Source: Octopus vulgaris (taxonomy: Eukaryota). From it: a stretch of DNA of 64,000 nucleotides. Location of the stretch: contig OX597820.1 of the NCBI GenBank assembly GCA_951406725.2, forward strand, positions 108,190,001 to 108,254,000. The letters run 5' to 3'. Position numbers and translations under genes: made by a program. Position 1 is the first letter of the stretch. Every line of letters starts with the position of its first letter. The notes under the pieces are model-generated. The model saw only the letters and a list, made by a program, of their open reading frames with translations. It was not told the DNA's origin and did not search any database. Below, piece by piece: positions 51,270-63,364 of the stretch.

Positions 51270-51450
51270 ATATGCTTTATTTAAAGCAGCAGAAAATTCA
51301 ACAAAATCTGTTTTCTGAGTTTCTCGTTGCCGTTCATCAGACAGTTCTTGTTAGAATGGCCATTCTAACAAAAACTGTTTGATGAACGGCAACGAGAAAC
51401 TCAGAGTAACAGATTTTGTTGAATTTTCTGCTTCTTTAAATAAAGTATAT
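51270..51450. repeat. Spacerless palindrome with ~90-bp arms; each arm carries a minimal hammerhead motif
   Basis: Centre GAATGG|CCATTC. Plus arm: ctgt TTGATGA acggcaacga GAA actc a gagt a acag (51375-51412). The minus arm has CTGATGA but has lost the GUA triplet. Confidence 0.85.
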
Positions 51451-51461
51451 ATATATATATA

Positions 51462-53362
51462 TTCTGTTTCAGCTCAGAGCTACGGCCATGCTGATGCACC
51501 GCCGTTTAGTGCTACACTGTTATTACTAAGAACCTCCTCTAATATGTGGCACTTGGTGAAGAATGGAGTTTGATATAACTACCCTCATTTGCACTTCTTG
51601 CCGTGAGGTAGGTTCATCTGGGACTCTCGACAGGAAGATGTCCAGCTTTGATTTAGAAACCGCTACATCTACTTTGTGCAAGTTCCTCAGACTCTTTGGG
51701 AGACTATTAAAAAGCTGTGGGCTCTTGAAACCCAGGCTGTTGCAGTAGCTGGTCCTGAAACGTGATGGCATTGCTGGGATCTTTGGCACTATGCAGTGTC
51801 GTCTTGTTCTAGCATTGGTGTAGCTTAGAATGCCAAAATTTGGCACAATTCCTCCCAGGATCTTCCAGATATACATTACTGCATACCTCTCCCGTCTTCT
51901 CTCCAGGGAGTAGAGTCTTAGCTGTTTCAACCTTTCCCAGTAGTTCAGCTGTTGCAAAGAGACGATCTTCTTTGTGAATCTTCTCTGGATTGCTTCAAAG
52001 TCCGCTGTTAATTTCACACTGGTGGGTGACCATAGCTGTGAGCAGTAATCCAGGCGGCTGAGGACAAATGTCTGCCAGAGGACCATCATGGTTTCCTTAT
52101 CTCTGCTTCTGACTGTTCTTAGGATCCATCCAGCCAATCATCTGCACTTTGTCGCCATCCTGGTAATATGCACTTGGAAAGAGGTATCATCACTCATGTC
52201 AATACCCAGGTCCCTCACTGACTTAGGCTCTGGGATTAAAATTTCCTATGGACCGGTGTACCCTGTAAGTTTCATATTCAGATTTGGATGCTGGTAGCGC
52301 AGGGCCTGGAATTTTTCAGCATTAACCTGCATATTATTATCCTCAGCCCATCTGTACATTGAGTCCAACTCTTGCTGCAGGTGTGCAACATCGCTGGGGT
52401 TCTGTATTTTCTGCAAGACTTTCGTATTGTCTGCATAGCTTTCCAGAGTGGCTACCCGGGCATTTGAGGGCATATCTGAGAGGGCCACTATAAAAAGCAG
52501 TGGTCCTAAGACAGTGCCCTGTGGAACACCGCTCACTATTTCTGTGTTCATAGAGGTGGCTCCATTAACCACTACTGCCTGACTCCTATCTTTCAGGAAG
52601 TCATGTAACCACACTCCAAGTTTTCCAGCCATGCCGAAGTCACGCAGTTTGTGGCATATCATACCATGATCCACCTTGTCAAAAGCTTTTGCAAAATCAA
52701 GGTAGATTACGTCCACATTCGATTTGTTGAGTAACTGCCTCAACACCCAGTCATAATGTTGTAAGAGCTGGGTCAGGCAGCTCCTACCTGGTCCAAAACC
52801 ATGCTGGGTATCACTCAGCAAGTTATTTTCCTCAAGGAATGTGATTAGTTTCCCTCTGACTATCCGTTCCATGACTTTGCTGATGTGTGAAGTTAGAGAG
52901 ATAGGCCTATAGTTTTTGGCATCTGCTCTACTTCCCCCTTTATGTATGGGGCATATTATTCCCTCCTTCAGCTTGCTTGGCAGTTTGCCATTCGCAAGAA
53001 AGCTCTGGAAGAGAATCTTGAGGGGTTTTGCCAGGGCATGCTTACATGCTTTGAGGAGGATTGCTGGGAAACCATCAGGACCAGCAGTTGAGTTTGTGTC
53101 CACTTCATCTATGGCTAGTTGTATATCTTCTTTGCTAAAGTCAATGTATTCCATTGTAACTGCCTCGCTGGTTATAGGTGAGGCAGCAAAGAAGTCCACT
53201 GGTTCGTTCACTTGTCTGTGTTCCAACAGGGTGGTAAAGACACTTTTGAACTGGTCATTCAGTATCTCACTGATCTTAGTTGGACTGTCTGTGAGGGAGC
53301 CATCCTTTTGGAGGAGGGGTCCTATCTTGTGTACTGAAGCCGTTTCTTTCGCGTACGCTACG
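51462..53362 (-). mobile_element. CR1-type LINE, third subfamily, 5'-truncated
   Basis: ORFs 52246-53424 and 51526-52137; RT motif mutated to YADN; 3' end CAGCATGGCCGTAGCTCTGAGCTGAAAC. Confidence 0.95.
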
Positions 53363-53726
53363 ACTTGGTCTACATTGACTTTGAAAGTTGGCCTCCGCAG
53401 GTGGCTGCGGAGGTCATAACACAAAAAGAACTTTTTGAGGTCTTGGTGACCTTTGGAAAAGAAGAATTTGCTTTTCTTCCGGACTCTGACCTGCCAATAC
53501 AGGCTTTCCTGCAGGCAGCAGGGAACTTATGCAGGGGCTCGGATGAGAAAGAGGAAGATTAAGAAAAATTTTGTAATTTTTGTGATTTTTTTGTGTAAAA
53601 TTGAATAAAAGAAAAGTGATTTCAAGGGGTTATCGGTCGGCAGACACCGGTGCCCCTCCCATTTTTGTTCATTATTATCATCCTCATTTCATTAATGTTT
53701 TTGTCCAGCCCGCAGCTATTCATCTA

Positions 53727-55018
53727 CGAGGGGCGTTCAATAAGTAATGCCCCTGACCCACTTCCCATAGCAGTAGAGCAACGAAACTTTGCACAGTTAT
53801 TAGTCTTTCTTTACATAGGAACCACCCAGAGTTACGTATTTCTCCCATCATTTGATACAGCTCTGGAGACCGTTTTTTTAGAAGACCCAGCTTGGTCCTC
53901 CAACCACGACGTGACTTCAGAAATCAAGGCTGCATCATCTGGGAAACGCTTTCCTTTCAAAAACAACTTCATGGTTGGGAAGAGGTGAAAATCAGAGGGT
54001 GCAAGGTCAGGAGAGTAGGGGGATGAGGGAGGAGTTCATAGCCGTATGCCTGTGCTTCTGATCTAGCGACAAGCGAGTTGTGGACCGGAGCGTTGTCCTG
54101 CAGGAGGAGGATGCCTTTGCTGATCTTGCCCCGCCTCTTGATTTTGATAGTTTCTCTTAATTTCTTCAAAAGTGAAGCATAATAGGCTCCTGTAATTGTG
54201 GTACCCTTTGCCAGGAAATCTGTTATCAATACTCCGTCCTGGTCCCAGAAGACTGCGAGCATGACCTTGCCAGCGGAGGGCTGCACCCTTGCCTTCTTTG
54301 GAGGAGGTGAGTCACGGTGCTTCCACTGCATTGACTGGGCTTTGGTCTCTGGATCATAGTGATGGACCCAGGTTTCATCCTGTGTAATCAGTCTTTTGCA
54401 AAATTTTGACTCATCTTCTTGGTACATCTCCAAATTTATCCTCGAGCACTCGAAGCGTTCTTGCTTCTGGAAAGGTGTGAGCAACCTGGGAATCCATCTG
54501 GCAGACACCTTTTGCATATGCAAATGGTCATGAATGATAGTTTCCACAGACCCGGTACTAATCTTGACCTTGTGGGCTATTTGGCGAATAGTTATGCGTC
54601 GATCTTCCAAAATGGCAGCCTCAACTTGACAGACAGATGCCTCATCAATTGCAGAAGGGGGGGCGACCAGATCTAGGAGCTGTTTCCACCGAGTTCCGAC
54701 CATGTTTGAATTCACGATGCCAGCGTTTTACAAGGTCATATGATGGGGCATCATTACCATAAGTTACTTTCATTTCATCAAAAGTCTCCCGTGGTGTGCG
54801 TCCATTCAAATACAAAAACCAGATCACTGCTCGACACTCAACAGGCTCCATTTCACACTTGACTCAGTTCAAACACCTGTAAATCAGAAACCCCAATTAG
54901 TTCAGAGCTGTAATTTGCCACCTACTCTATAGAGATATAAATAATTGCACACGCAAAATTTCAGCTAGATCAAACAACGGCAAGTGGGTCAGGGGCATTA
55001 CTTATTGAACGCCCCTCG
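53727..55018 (-). mobile_element. Full-length mariner transposon (1292 bp) with a frameshifted DD34D transposase
   Basis: Perfect 37-bp TIRs CGAGGGGCGTTCAATAAGTAATGCCCCTGACCCACTT with TA target duplication; motifs WIPRLL, TQDETW, QDNAPVH, HPP..SPDLAPSDF; frameshifts near 54660 and 54020. Confidence 0.96.
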
Positions 55019-55054
55019 TATGTACGGCTTTCATGGTCAATATTATGAATAAAA

Positions 55055-55420
55055 GTAGCTTGCTTACCAACCACATGGTTCCAAGTTCATTCCCACTGCA
55101 TGGCACCTTGGGCAAGTGTCTTCTTCCATAGCCTCACACCGACCAAAGCCTTGTAAGTGGACTTGGTAGAAGGAAACTGAAAGAAGCCTGTTGTATATAT
55201 GTGTGTGTGTGTGTGTTTATGTGTTTGTGTTTGGTCCCCCAACATCGCTTGACAACCGATGGTGGTGTGTTTACGTCCCCATAACTTAGCGGTTCGGCAA
55301 AAGAGACCGATAGAATAAGTACTAGGCTTACAAAGAATAAGTCCTGGGGTCGATTTACTTGACTAAAGGCAGTGCTCCAGCATGGTCACAGTCAAATGAC
55401 TGAAATAAGTAAAAGAGTAA
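55055..55420 (+). mobile_element. tRNA-derived SINE, nearly complete copy
   Basis: Head with B-box-like AGTTCATTCCC, internal (TA)(TG)n, tail CTCCAGCATGGTCACAGTCAAATGACTGAAATAAGTAAAAGAGT. Confidence 0.88.
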
Positions 55421-55569
55421 TGAAAAGAAAATGTTTCGTAGCGAATTTGCTGCCATAAATTCTCGGAATGTAAACAAATAAAAAACCTTAACTCAAGTTC
55501 TTTTTTTAATCCGGTATTACCAAGGATAAAATCAACCACAGAGGAGAGTAAGACTGACTATCCACAGAA

Positions 55570-56742
55570 ACCCTACAGGCTGCTGATTTAGTTCTTATAG
55601 CTGAATCCATAGAGGAATTAGAGAAGAAATTCCAGGCATGGAATCTAAACCTGGAATTGAGAAGTCATAATGTAAACCTAGCAAAGACGAAGGTTATAAT
55701 AACTAGCAAAGACAGGAGTAGGTATAAACTCCATACACTGTATTTGATGTAAGCAATGGACATTCAAGGATCTAGTGGAATAATTAGCAGATTTTCCAAA
55801 AATGTAAGCTTCATATGCAGTTCATACACGCACACCAAAAGCTGAGTCTTTTAAATACCCAGATAACTCATTGAAAGTGGCTTTTGTCACCTATGAAATG
55901 TAATTAGCAAGGGAGGTGATTGCCCTGAAAGTATAGTGGCTTCATTGAGAAGTGGTTGGAGAAAGTTCAGGGAGTGCTAACTGCTAACAACAAACATTTT
56001 CCCCTAAGACTGTATGATGCTTGGATTTGAGCTACAATGATGCATAGTAGTGAAAGTATTGGTCTTGAGAAGACTAGAAAGAAGCAAAGTGAGTATACTC
56101 TGCTGGATATGCAGAGTATGCATGAGGGTGCATGAAAGTAATAGAACAAAAGTGCTGAGTGGAAAACAGGAGGAATCAGTTGTTGTGTGCAACAAAGAAC
56201 ACTGTGCTAGTATGGGCATGTGACATGTATGGAGGACAGCTGTATAAAAGAGTGCTGATTACTAAATGTGGCCAGAACTTGCAAAAGGGGGAGATCCAGG
56301 AGGTCATGGGATAAGTGGTTAAGGCTGACCTCGAAACTCTAAGCCTAATGGAGGAAATGACTAAGGACTAAGATTTCTAACAATATGAGATTCTTGAAAA
56401 GAAACCTTGTTCTGCAAGTGCTCTCCATCCATGTTACAGTCACTCATCCCCACAGCATCCCATGTATTAGGCCTGCCTCCCAGCTCTTGCAGACTACCAT
56501 GTCATTCATCTCTGTTGTCCTCCCTACCTGACAACTGTATCATTCTTACTACTCTTGCTGCTTGCCTCACTTCCACTTTCTTCTGTATCTTGCTATCTTT
56601 TCCAACTCATGTCTCCTTGCTCATCCACCCTTCAATCCTGCCCCTTCTGTCAGTCTGCTTCCCCATTACCCCACTAGCCCTCCTTCCCATACAATCATAC
56701 AAACCAATTCTTCAGCTTATTTATACCTTGTAGGGTCATCTA
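55570..56742 (+). mobile_element. Old, heavily degenerate RTE with pyrimidine-rich 3' region
   Basis: Recognisable similarity to the RTE ORF (ADLVLIAESIEELEKKFQAW...RLYDA...GRSRRSW). Confidence 0.7.
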
Positions 56743-56764
56743 CATAGATGACCCTACAAGGTAT

Positions 56765-58555
56765 GATGCCATATTTCTGGTGAGACAGCTGCAGGAGAAA
56801 TACCTAGCCAAAGATAAAACTCTGTACCTGGCTTTCGTTGAGTTGGAGAAAGCCTTTGACAGGGTCCCCCGTTCCCTTATCTGGTGGTCAATGAGGAAAC
56901 TAGGGATAGATGAATGCTTAGTGAGAGCTGTGCATGCCATGTACAGGGACGCTGTTAGTAAGGTGAGGGTTGGCAACGAGTACACTAAAGAATTCCGGGT
57001 GGAGGTTGGGGTCCACCAAGGCTCAGTCCTCAGCCCCCTCCTATTTATCATAGTCCTCCAGGCAATAACGGAGGAATTCAAGACAGGATGCCTCTGGGAG
57101 CTCCTCTATGCTGATGTCCTTGCTCTAATTGCTGAATCACTATCAGAACTCAAGGACAAGTTTCAGGCGTGGAAGCAAGGATTAGAATCGAAGAGCCTTA
57201 GAGTCAATCTAGCGAAAACCAAAGTCCTAATAAGTAGGAAGGTAGACAAATCTCAAACGCCTTCAGGTAGATGGCCCTGCTCGATCTGTAGAAAAGACGT
57301 AGGTAGGAACTCTATAAGATGCACCAAGTGTAAGCTATGGACACATAAGAGGTGCAGCAATGTCAAAGGAAGGCTAACTAGGAATATAGTTTTTGTATGT
57401 GGCAGATGCTCAGGAACAATAAACACTGAAAATGCTCTGAGACCATCTTCCGCCACATTCCAGGGAGAAAAACTTGAAATAGTTGATAGTTTCCGTTACC
57501 TAGGTGACCAAGTCAGTAGCGGGGGTGGGTGTGCCGAAAGTGTAACTGCTAGAGTAAGAATAGCCTGGGCAAAGTTCAGAGAGCTCTTACCTCTGCTAGG
57601 GACAAAAAGCCTCTCACTCAGAGTAAAAGGCAGACTGTATGACGCATGTGTGCGAACAGCCATGCTACATGGCAGTGAAACATGGGCCGTGACTGCTGAG
57701 GATATGCGTAAGCTCGCAAGAAATGAAGCCAGTTTGCTCCGATGGATGTGTAATGTCAGTGTTCAAACCCAACAGAGTGTAAGTGCCTTAAGAGAAAAGT
57801 TGGACCTAAGAAGCATCAGATGTGGTATGCAAGAGAGGCGTCTACGCTGGTATGGACACGTAGTAAGAATGGATGAAGATAGTTGTCTGAAAAAGTGCCA
57901 CACCCTAGCGGTTGAGGAAACCTGTGGAAGAGGTAGGCCCAGGAAAACCTGGGACGAGGTGGTGAAGAACGACCTTCACTCTTTAGGTCTCACCGAGGAA
58001 ATGACCAGAGACCGAGACCTTTGGAAGTATGCTGTGCACGAGAAGACCCGGCAGGACAAGTGAGGCCATAACCCATAGCCCCTACCTGGGACGTAGTCAG
58101 TCCACCTGTGCATGCCTTCCTTCTTGGGACACATAACTCTACTTGTGAAGACCTGTTGAGGCAAGTGAAAATCAAAAATCAAAGAATCAAATCAAAATCG
58201 ATGAACATCAATGGAATTTGTAGTTTTTTGGTACCAGTGCCGGTGGCACATAAGAAAACCATCCGAACGTGGCCGTAGCCAGTACCACATCAACTGGCCT
58301 CCGTGCTGGTGGCACGTAAAAAACACCATCCGAGCGTGGCCGTTCGCCAGCCTCGTCTGGCACCTGTGTCGGTGGCATGTAAAAAGCACCCACTACGCTC
58401 ACAGAGTGGTTGGCGTTAGGAAGGGCATCCAGCTGTAGAAACACTGCCAGATCTGACTGGCCTGGTGCAGCCTTCGGGCTTGCCAGACCCCAGTTGAACC
58501 GTCCAACCCATGCTAGCATGGAAAGCGGACGTTAAACGATGATGATGATGATGAT
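56765..58555 (+). mobile_element. RTE-clade LINE, 5'-truncated; 427-aa ORF with RT and PHD finger
   Basis: ORF 56780-58063 (EKAFDRVPR, GVHQGSVLSPLLF, YADV, C4HC3 finger, RRLRWYGHV, GRGRPRKTW); 3' UTR and (GAT)n tail. Confidence 0.95.
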
Positions 58556-59195
58556 AAATCTATATGCAATGGTTGGATTAGCCTGTGGCTATAGCGAAAG
58601 ACAGTTTCTGTCCACTAAATCTATATGCAAAGGTTGGATTAGCCTGAGGCTATAGCAAAAGACACTTACCCAAGGTGCCACACAGTGGAACTGAATCAAA
58701 AACCATGTTTGAATGTGTCGCAATATTGTGTTTGCAAAAAAAAAGTCATGAGTTTCTTACCAGTTTCATAATCAAGAGGGATCTGAATGTAAACAATATC
58801 ACCAAATGGAATGAATGCAGCTTGTAACACTTTTTCGTCTACTTCCTCAGCCAAACCACCTACAATAGAAATAAATATTTTTTTAAGAAATCAAACATCA
58901 GAGTAGAGGCTAAGTACGTGACTTAATGATGCTGCTCAACCTATGTCAGCCTTCACTGAAAGGTCCTATGAATAAAGGTATTCTAACTGTGACCATATTG
59001 TCTTTATTTCTTCTCTCAAAGCATAGCCATGAAGTTAAGACTTTGCTTCACAACTACATGGTTCTAAGTACAATCGCATTATGCACCTTCTTGGTGAAGT
59101 GTCTTCTGCAACCTTGGAGTGATCAATATCATGAGAGTGGAATTAGGTAAAGAAAAATTGTGCAGAAGCTCATGGTTTGGGAGAGAGAGAGAGAG

Positions 59196-59242
<47 letters not shown>

Positions 59243-59399
59243 ATGTGTTCTTTTTCTCTTTTTTATTTAGATCTAATTTTGATCAACCACCTGCTTGGCA
59301 GCAAAGTTGTGACAGAAAGCATCTTGTTTTGTTCACTTCAAATTTTGATCACTTCCAGATTTTACCGTCCTAGATATCATGAACATTTGTAGTATTTAA

Positions 59400-60365
59400 A
59401 TTATGGAGTGCATTCTCTCTCCAAGTACCCAAGTCCAGCCACTTAGCTCCAGGCAGGTTAGTACATATCCTGTGGTTCAATAATGATAAGTATGAAGTTA
59501 AAAGTGTATTTTGGGTACTGGATATACAAATTCCTTATCAATAGTCCATGAATATCCTCTTTTCCCTGGATTTTCTAACCGCATTAGCATCCAGAAGGCA
59601 GATAATTTCCACAAGAGTATATTTTTTCTTGTAGCCCCACACATTATCTGACCAGTTGAGTTTTAACTTGTTGGCTGTTTTAATTTTTAAGTTCCACTAA
59701 TATTCTTTTGACCCGTTGGTCTTAGTATAGTCAACTTCATCTATTGTTATTTTCCTTTTCTCTTAGACTGTTTTGGCCACTGCATCATGCCTCATGGGAA
59801 GATAATATTAAAAGACATTCTGTTGTGGCTGGCAATAATCTGGTTGATGTCTTCAGCCTTAGTTCTGCACAGCCTGCATTTGATGTTTGTCAATTTTTTC
59901 TGCTTTTTATGTTGCAGGTACTAGATTTCTTGTTCATAAATTACGTGAAAGTAGAGTTCAAAGTGAGATAATTATAAACTTAAATTATGATTAATTCCCT
60001 CAATGGCTTGTATTTTTCATGTCAAGTATCCATGCACTACCAGTAAACTGATCCATTGTTTTATTGTGTTGTTCTGATAAAGAGAAGTTACTAATGCTCC
60101 TTGGAAAGAGATCTATATCAGTTCTTATTTCATACTTCTCCTTGAATTCATTAGCTATCCTAATTATACTGTTGAGTTCATGCTTGCAAACTTGGGCAAG
60201 ATACTTACTGGCCTCTTTTCTCTGCTATAGATATTGCTTCAGTGTCACAATATGTGCTTGATATGACATCATTACAGGTTTAAGACTATAGCCACCATCC
60301 TTACAAGGAATGTATAGCTTGTCTATATTTTCACTGATATTGAAGTTTCCAGTAACACTGAGTAG
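59400..60365 (-). mobile_element. R4/Dong-like (restriction-like endonuclease) non-LTR retrotransposon relic
   Basis: Broken frames read NIDKLYIPCKDGGYSL (cf. DRLYLPRKEGGRGL), KCRLCRTKAEDINQII..YLPMRHDAVAK (zinc knuckle) and WNLKIKTANKLKLNWSD (cf. HNRPD). Confidence 0.72.
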
Positions 60366-60740
60366 CATGGTCCATCTTTATACAGAGCTTTAGAAACTGC
60401 TTTATAATGCCAAGTTTGATATGGAGAGGAAGTAGGAGGATTTTTCCTGGCTGAATTAAAGGCACATTAAAAGACCCTGAAACTAAAGTTTACTGAAGCC
60501 ATTCTTTGATCACTCGATGATTTCCCTTGACACTGCTGTCCTACATACATAAAAAGCATGGATATTTCATGTATCCACATTGTTGCCCCAAGAAATAATT
60601 GACCATCTTGAAGTCCACACACATTACCTACAGATGATTTGGTGGGGTTTGGATATCTTCAAATCTAGACACAATGGTAAAAATTGGATCCATTTTTGGA
60701 TTCAGCATAACAAATATCTGTGGACTTGTGTTACCTATGT
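60366..60740 (-). mobile_element. Chapaev3-like (CMC) DNA transposase relic
   Basis: Broken frames read VMCVDFKMVNYFLGQQCGYMKYPCFLCM*DS and KILLLPLHIKLGIIKQFLKAL. The family assignment is from memory. Confidence 0.7.
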
Positions 60741-60749
60741 AAGTTGAAG

Positions 60750-60950
60750 GTGATGGATTGGTAAAATTGTTCAATAAAATGCCTTGTGGAACTTCTTTTG
60801 GCTATTTATATTTTGAGTTGAAATCCTGCTGAGGTCAACTTTGCCTTTCATCCTTTTGGAGGTCAATAAAATTTATTTTCAGTTTAGTACTGGGGTCAAT
60901 ATAATCAACAACCCTCTCCCAAATTTCTGGCCTGCATCTGTATTAGAAAT
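60750..60950 (+). mobile_element. SINE of a second family
   Basis: B-box-like GAGTTGAAATCC followed by GAGGTCAACTTTGCCTTTCATCCTTT and TACTGGGGTCAAT. Confidence 0.6.
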
Positions 60951-61905
60951 AGACCATGTTAAATTTCTTCTAAAGCAGATTTGAAACTGAATTATCAAAT
61001 TGCCAAGTAAAAGCCATAGCTTAGTGACAGCTATTTCATGTGATCAGCTGATTAACTGGCTAATCAGCATCAAGACGTCACCTGGTGCAACTTTCTTGAA
61101 TTTTCTATAACATTTCCTAATGGGTTTTATAAATAGGCATGCTTTGGGTGCCCAATTTCAGTTTGTAGACAATCACCATCATGCAAACCACATTCTCACT
61201 TTGCTGCATTAGACAGCAGTTACAGTTCTGCAGTCATGAACCCCACGTGGCATTTTCTCCTGTCATGACAGTTTATTTCACCAACTATTTTGTAATAACT
61301 ACAGAATTATTCTACCAGTGTGTTAATTTTGTTGTATTTTAAATTCAAGACCAACATGGAAACTATTTTGAGTGGTCAATAAAGTTCTGTTAATTGTTAT
61401 GCATCATTATACTCAACCACCACCAGCATTTCACAACATCTTTCATTAACACCATGCCGTTGTGACACTTCCAACCACTTAAAGTTTTTCAAATTTCCAT
61501 CAGATAATTTTCAAAAAATTTCGTTCTGGTGTAGTTTTGCATACTGATGACAAAAACTGAATTAATTTTTTTACAGAAAGTAATAATAAAGAAGTTACAA
61601 GCATTTAAAGTTAAATAATTTTAGCCAATCAAAATCCTTGTTATGAAGCTCAGCAAACACAATGAAGTTGAAACTGCTACCTGGTCTCTCAACCTACTAG
61701 AAACAACAACCAAGTCTTCCTTTTCCTTTAACAGCTTCATCTAAAAAAAACAACAACTAAATAGTAAAAAGGATGACACATTATATGTCATAGTTGGGGG
61801 GTATTGTTTTTCTCATTCATAGAGCACCAATGCATCAGAATATGGTCCTAAATTCACAGCTACACAAAATATGTTTATTAAATGTAATCATAAACACATT
61901 GTATG

Positions 61906-63285
61906 TGTAACAAACTCAAAACCAAGTCGACAGATTGCAATGTTTAAGTTATGACATAGCACAAAATTGTTCCTGTGAGAGGTCAAGTTATTAACCAATC
62001 AGTAGCCAGACTTCACGTAATAGGTTCTTCTAGCTCGTTCTGGAACATTTCAGTACAAGGGTTATGTAAAGGCTTGTTTTTAGCATCAACTTTCAGTGAA
62101 TGGTAACCTGAAGTCCAGCTCCAAACACTCTCTTGTCATTTATAATAGTTTTTTCATGACTTTCTGCTCAACCTGGATATGTTATAATAGTTGACCAATA
62201 TCAATATACTGTATATTCTCTCCTGTCCTGGCAAACTTCAGTACAGATGATGAATGCTGCACAATTATTCTTTCAATAGTGTTGACTTGCTGTGGAAACT
62301 TTATAATTCATGACCAATCTGAAAATATTACTTGTGAAGCAAAATAAAATTTACTATTAAATGTTTGCATGGTGTTGATACATCATCCACACACAGCCTC
62401 ACATGTATACCCTCCAAACAACATTGGTGACCTATGACAAAGCTAACGCTTAGTTATCATGGCTACTTATTGACCTGAATCATGAATTACTTCTACATGC
62501 CTGCAACAATATATACATAAAGTCCTGTTGACCTTCTTGACAACTCATTTTGAATGCTTTTTTTCATTCAGGAAAGCGTAACTTAAGTCATTTAAAACCC
62601 TAAAGACTGAGAAAGGTAAAACAAGGGTGCAAGAAGCCAACGGCATCTTTTCCTTACAGCCACTTTCCACCACCATATCAAGTAACCACTATTGGCTACA
62701 AGTCACACTTTCATTTTTCCTCAAAATAGCAGTTAAATCTACATGGCAACAGTATAATAAGTTTTACCAGCTCAAAAATAACCAGTATTTTTGTCTTTCT
62801 ATAATTTTTAATTTCTTAACAACACTGTTATAGCGTCTTCTCCTGTTCTTTCAATTTCCCCAGAAACTAGCAACAGTCTAACAAAGCAGGCAGCATTACT
62901 GATTGCATCACTACCTTGCCCAGGGGACCCATCGATTTGGTTTTTGCAACATGAAGCCAAATTTGCAGCTAACAAGATATCCTCTGATGCATGACAGTTC
63001 CATATACAAGTCAGTGTTTTGCCACCAGCTTTGAGCAGCAAAGTTAAAGACTTGATCACCGCTCATATAAAAGTATGAAGGCAGAAATTATGAGATGTAC
63101 TTCTATGTTCAAGCAAAAGAGATTCCATTAACTCCTCCATAAGGGAACCCTAAGCAGCAAACAACCTTCTCAACTATTGAGAAAAATGTGGGATTTGGTA
63201 GAAGACAAACCAACTTAATGAATCTATGTTACGGCAGCTTTTTTTTTCCCCACCTTCCACATAATGCACAAGCTATTCTGACAGC
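61906..63285 (+). mobile_element. Gypsy LTR retrotransposon relic: putative LTR, PBS and decayed gag
   Basis: 62908-63285 reads PGDPSIWFLQHEAKF...VLPP...KVKDLI...KAEIMR...KQPSQLLRKM...HLPHNAQAIL. PBS-like TGGTGACC at 62425 follows ..AACA. The LTR start (TGTAAC at 61906) is tentative. Confidence 0.68.
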
Positions 63286-63364
63286 GTGGAATATGGCCTA
63301 GTCACCCATATAGATAATCAGGTTGTCCATGAGGGAGTCATATCCAACAACTGGTGAAGCAACA

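Noticed and set aside
62572-62577. Possible 6-nt exon (ttcattcag|GAAAGC|gtaact)
   Set aside because: It lies within the Gypsy relic leader, has a weak donor and has no supporting homology.
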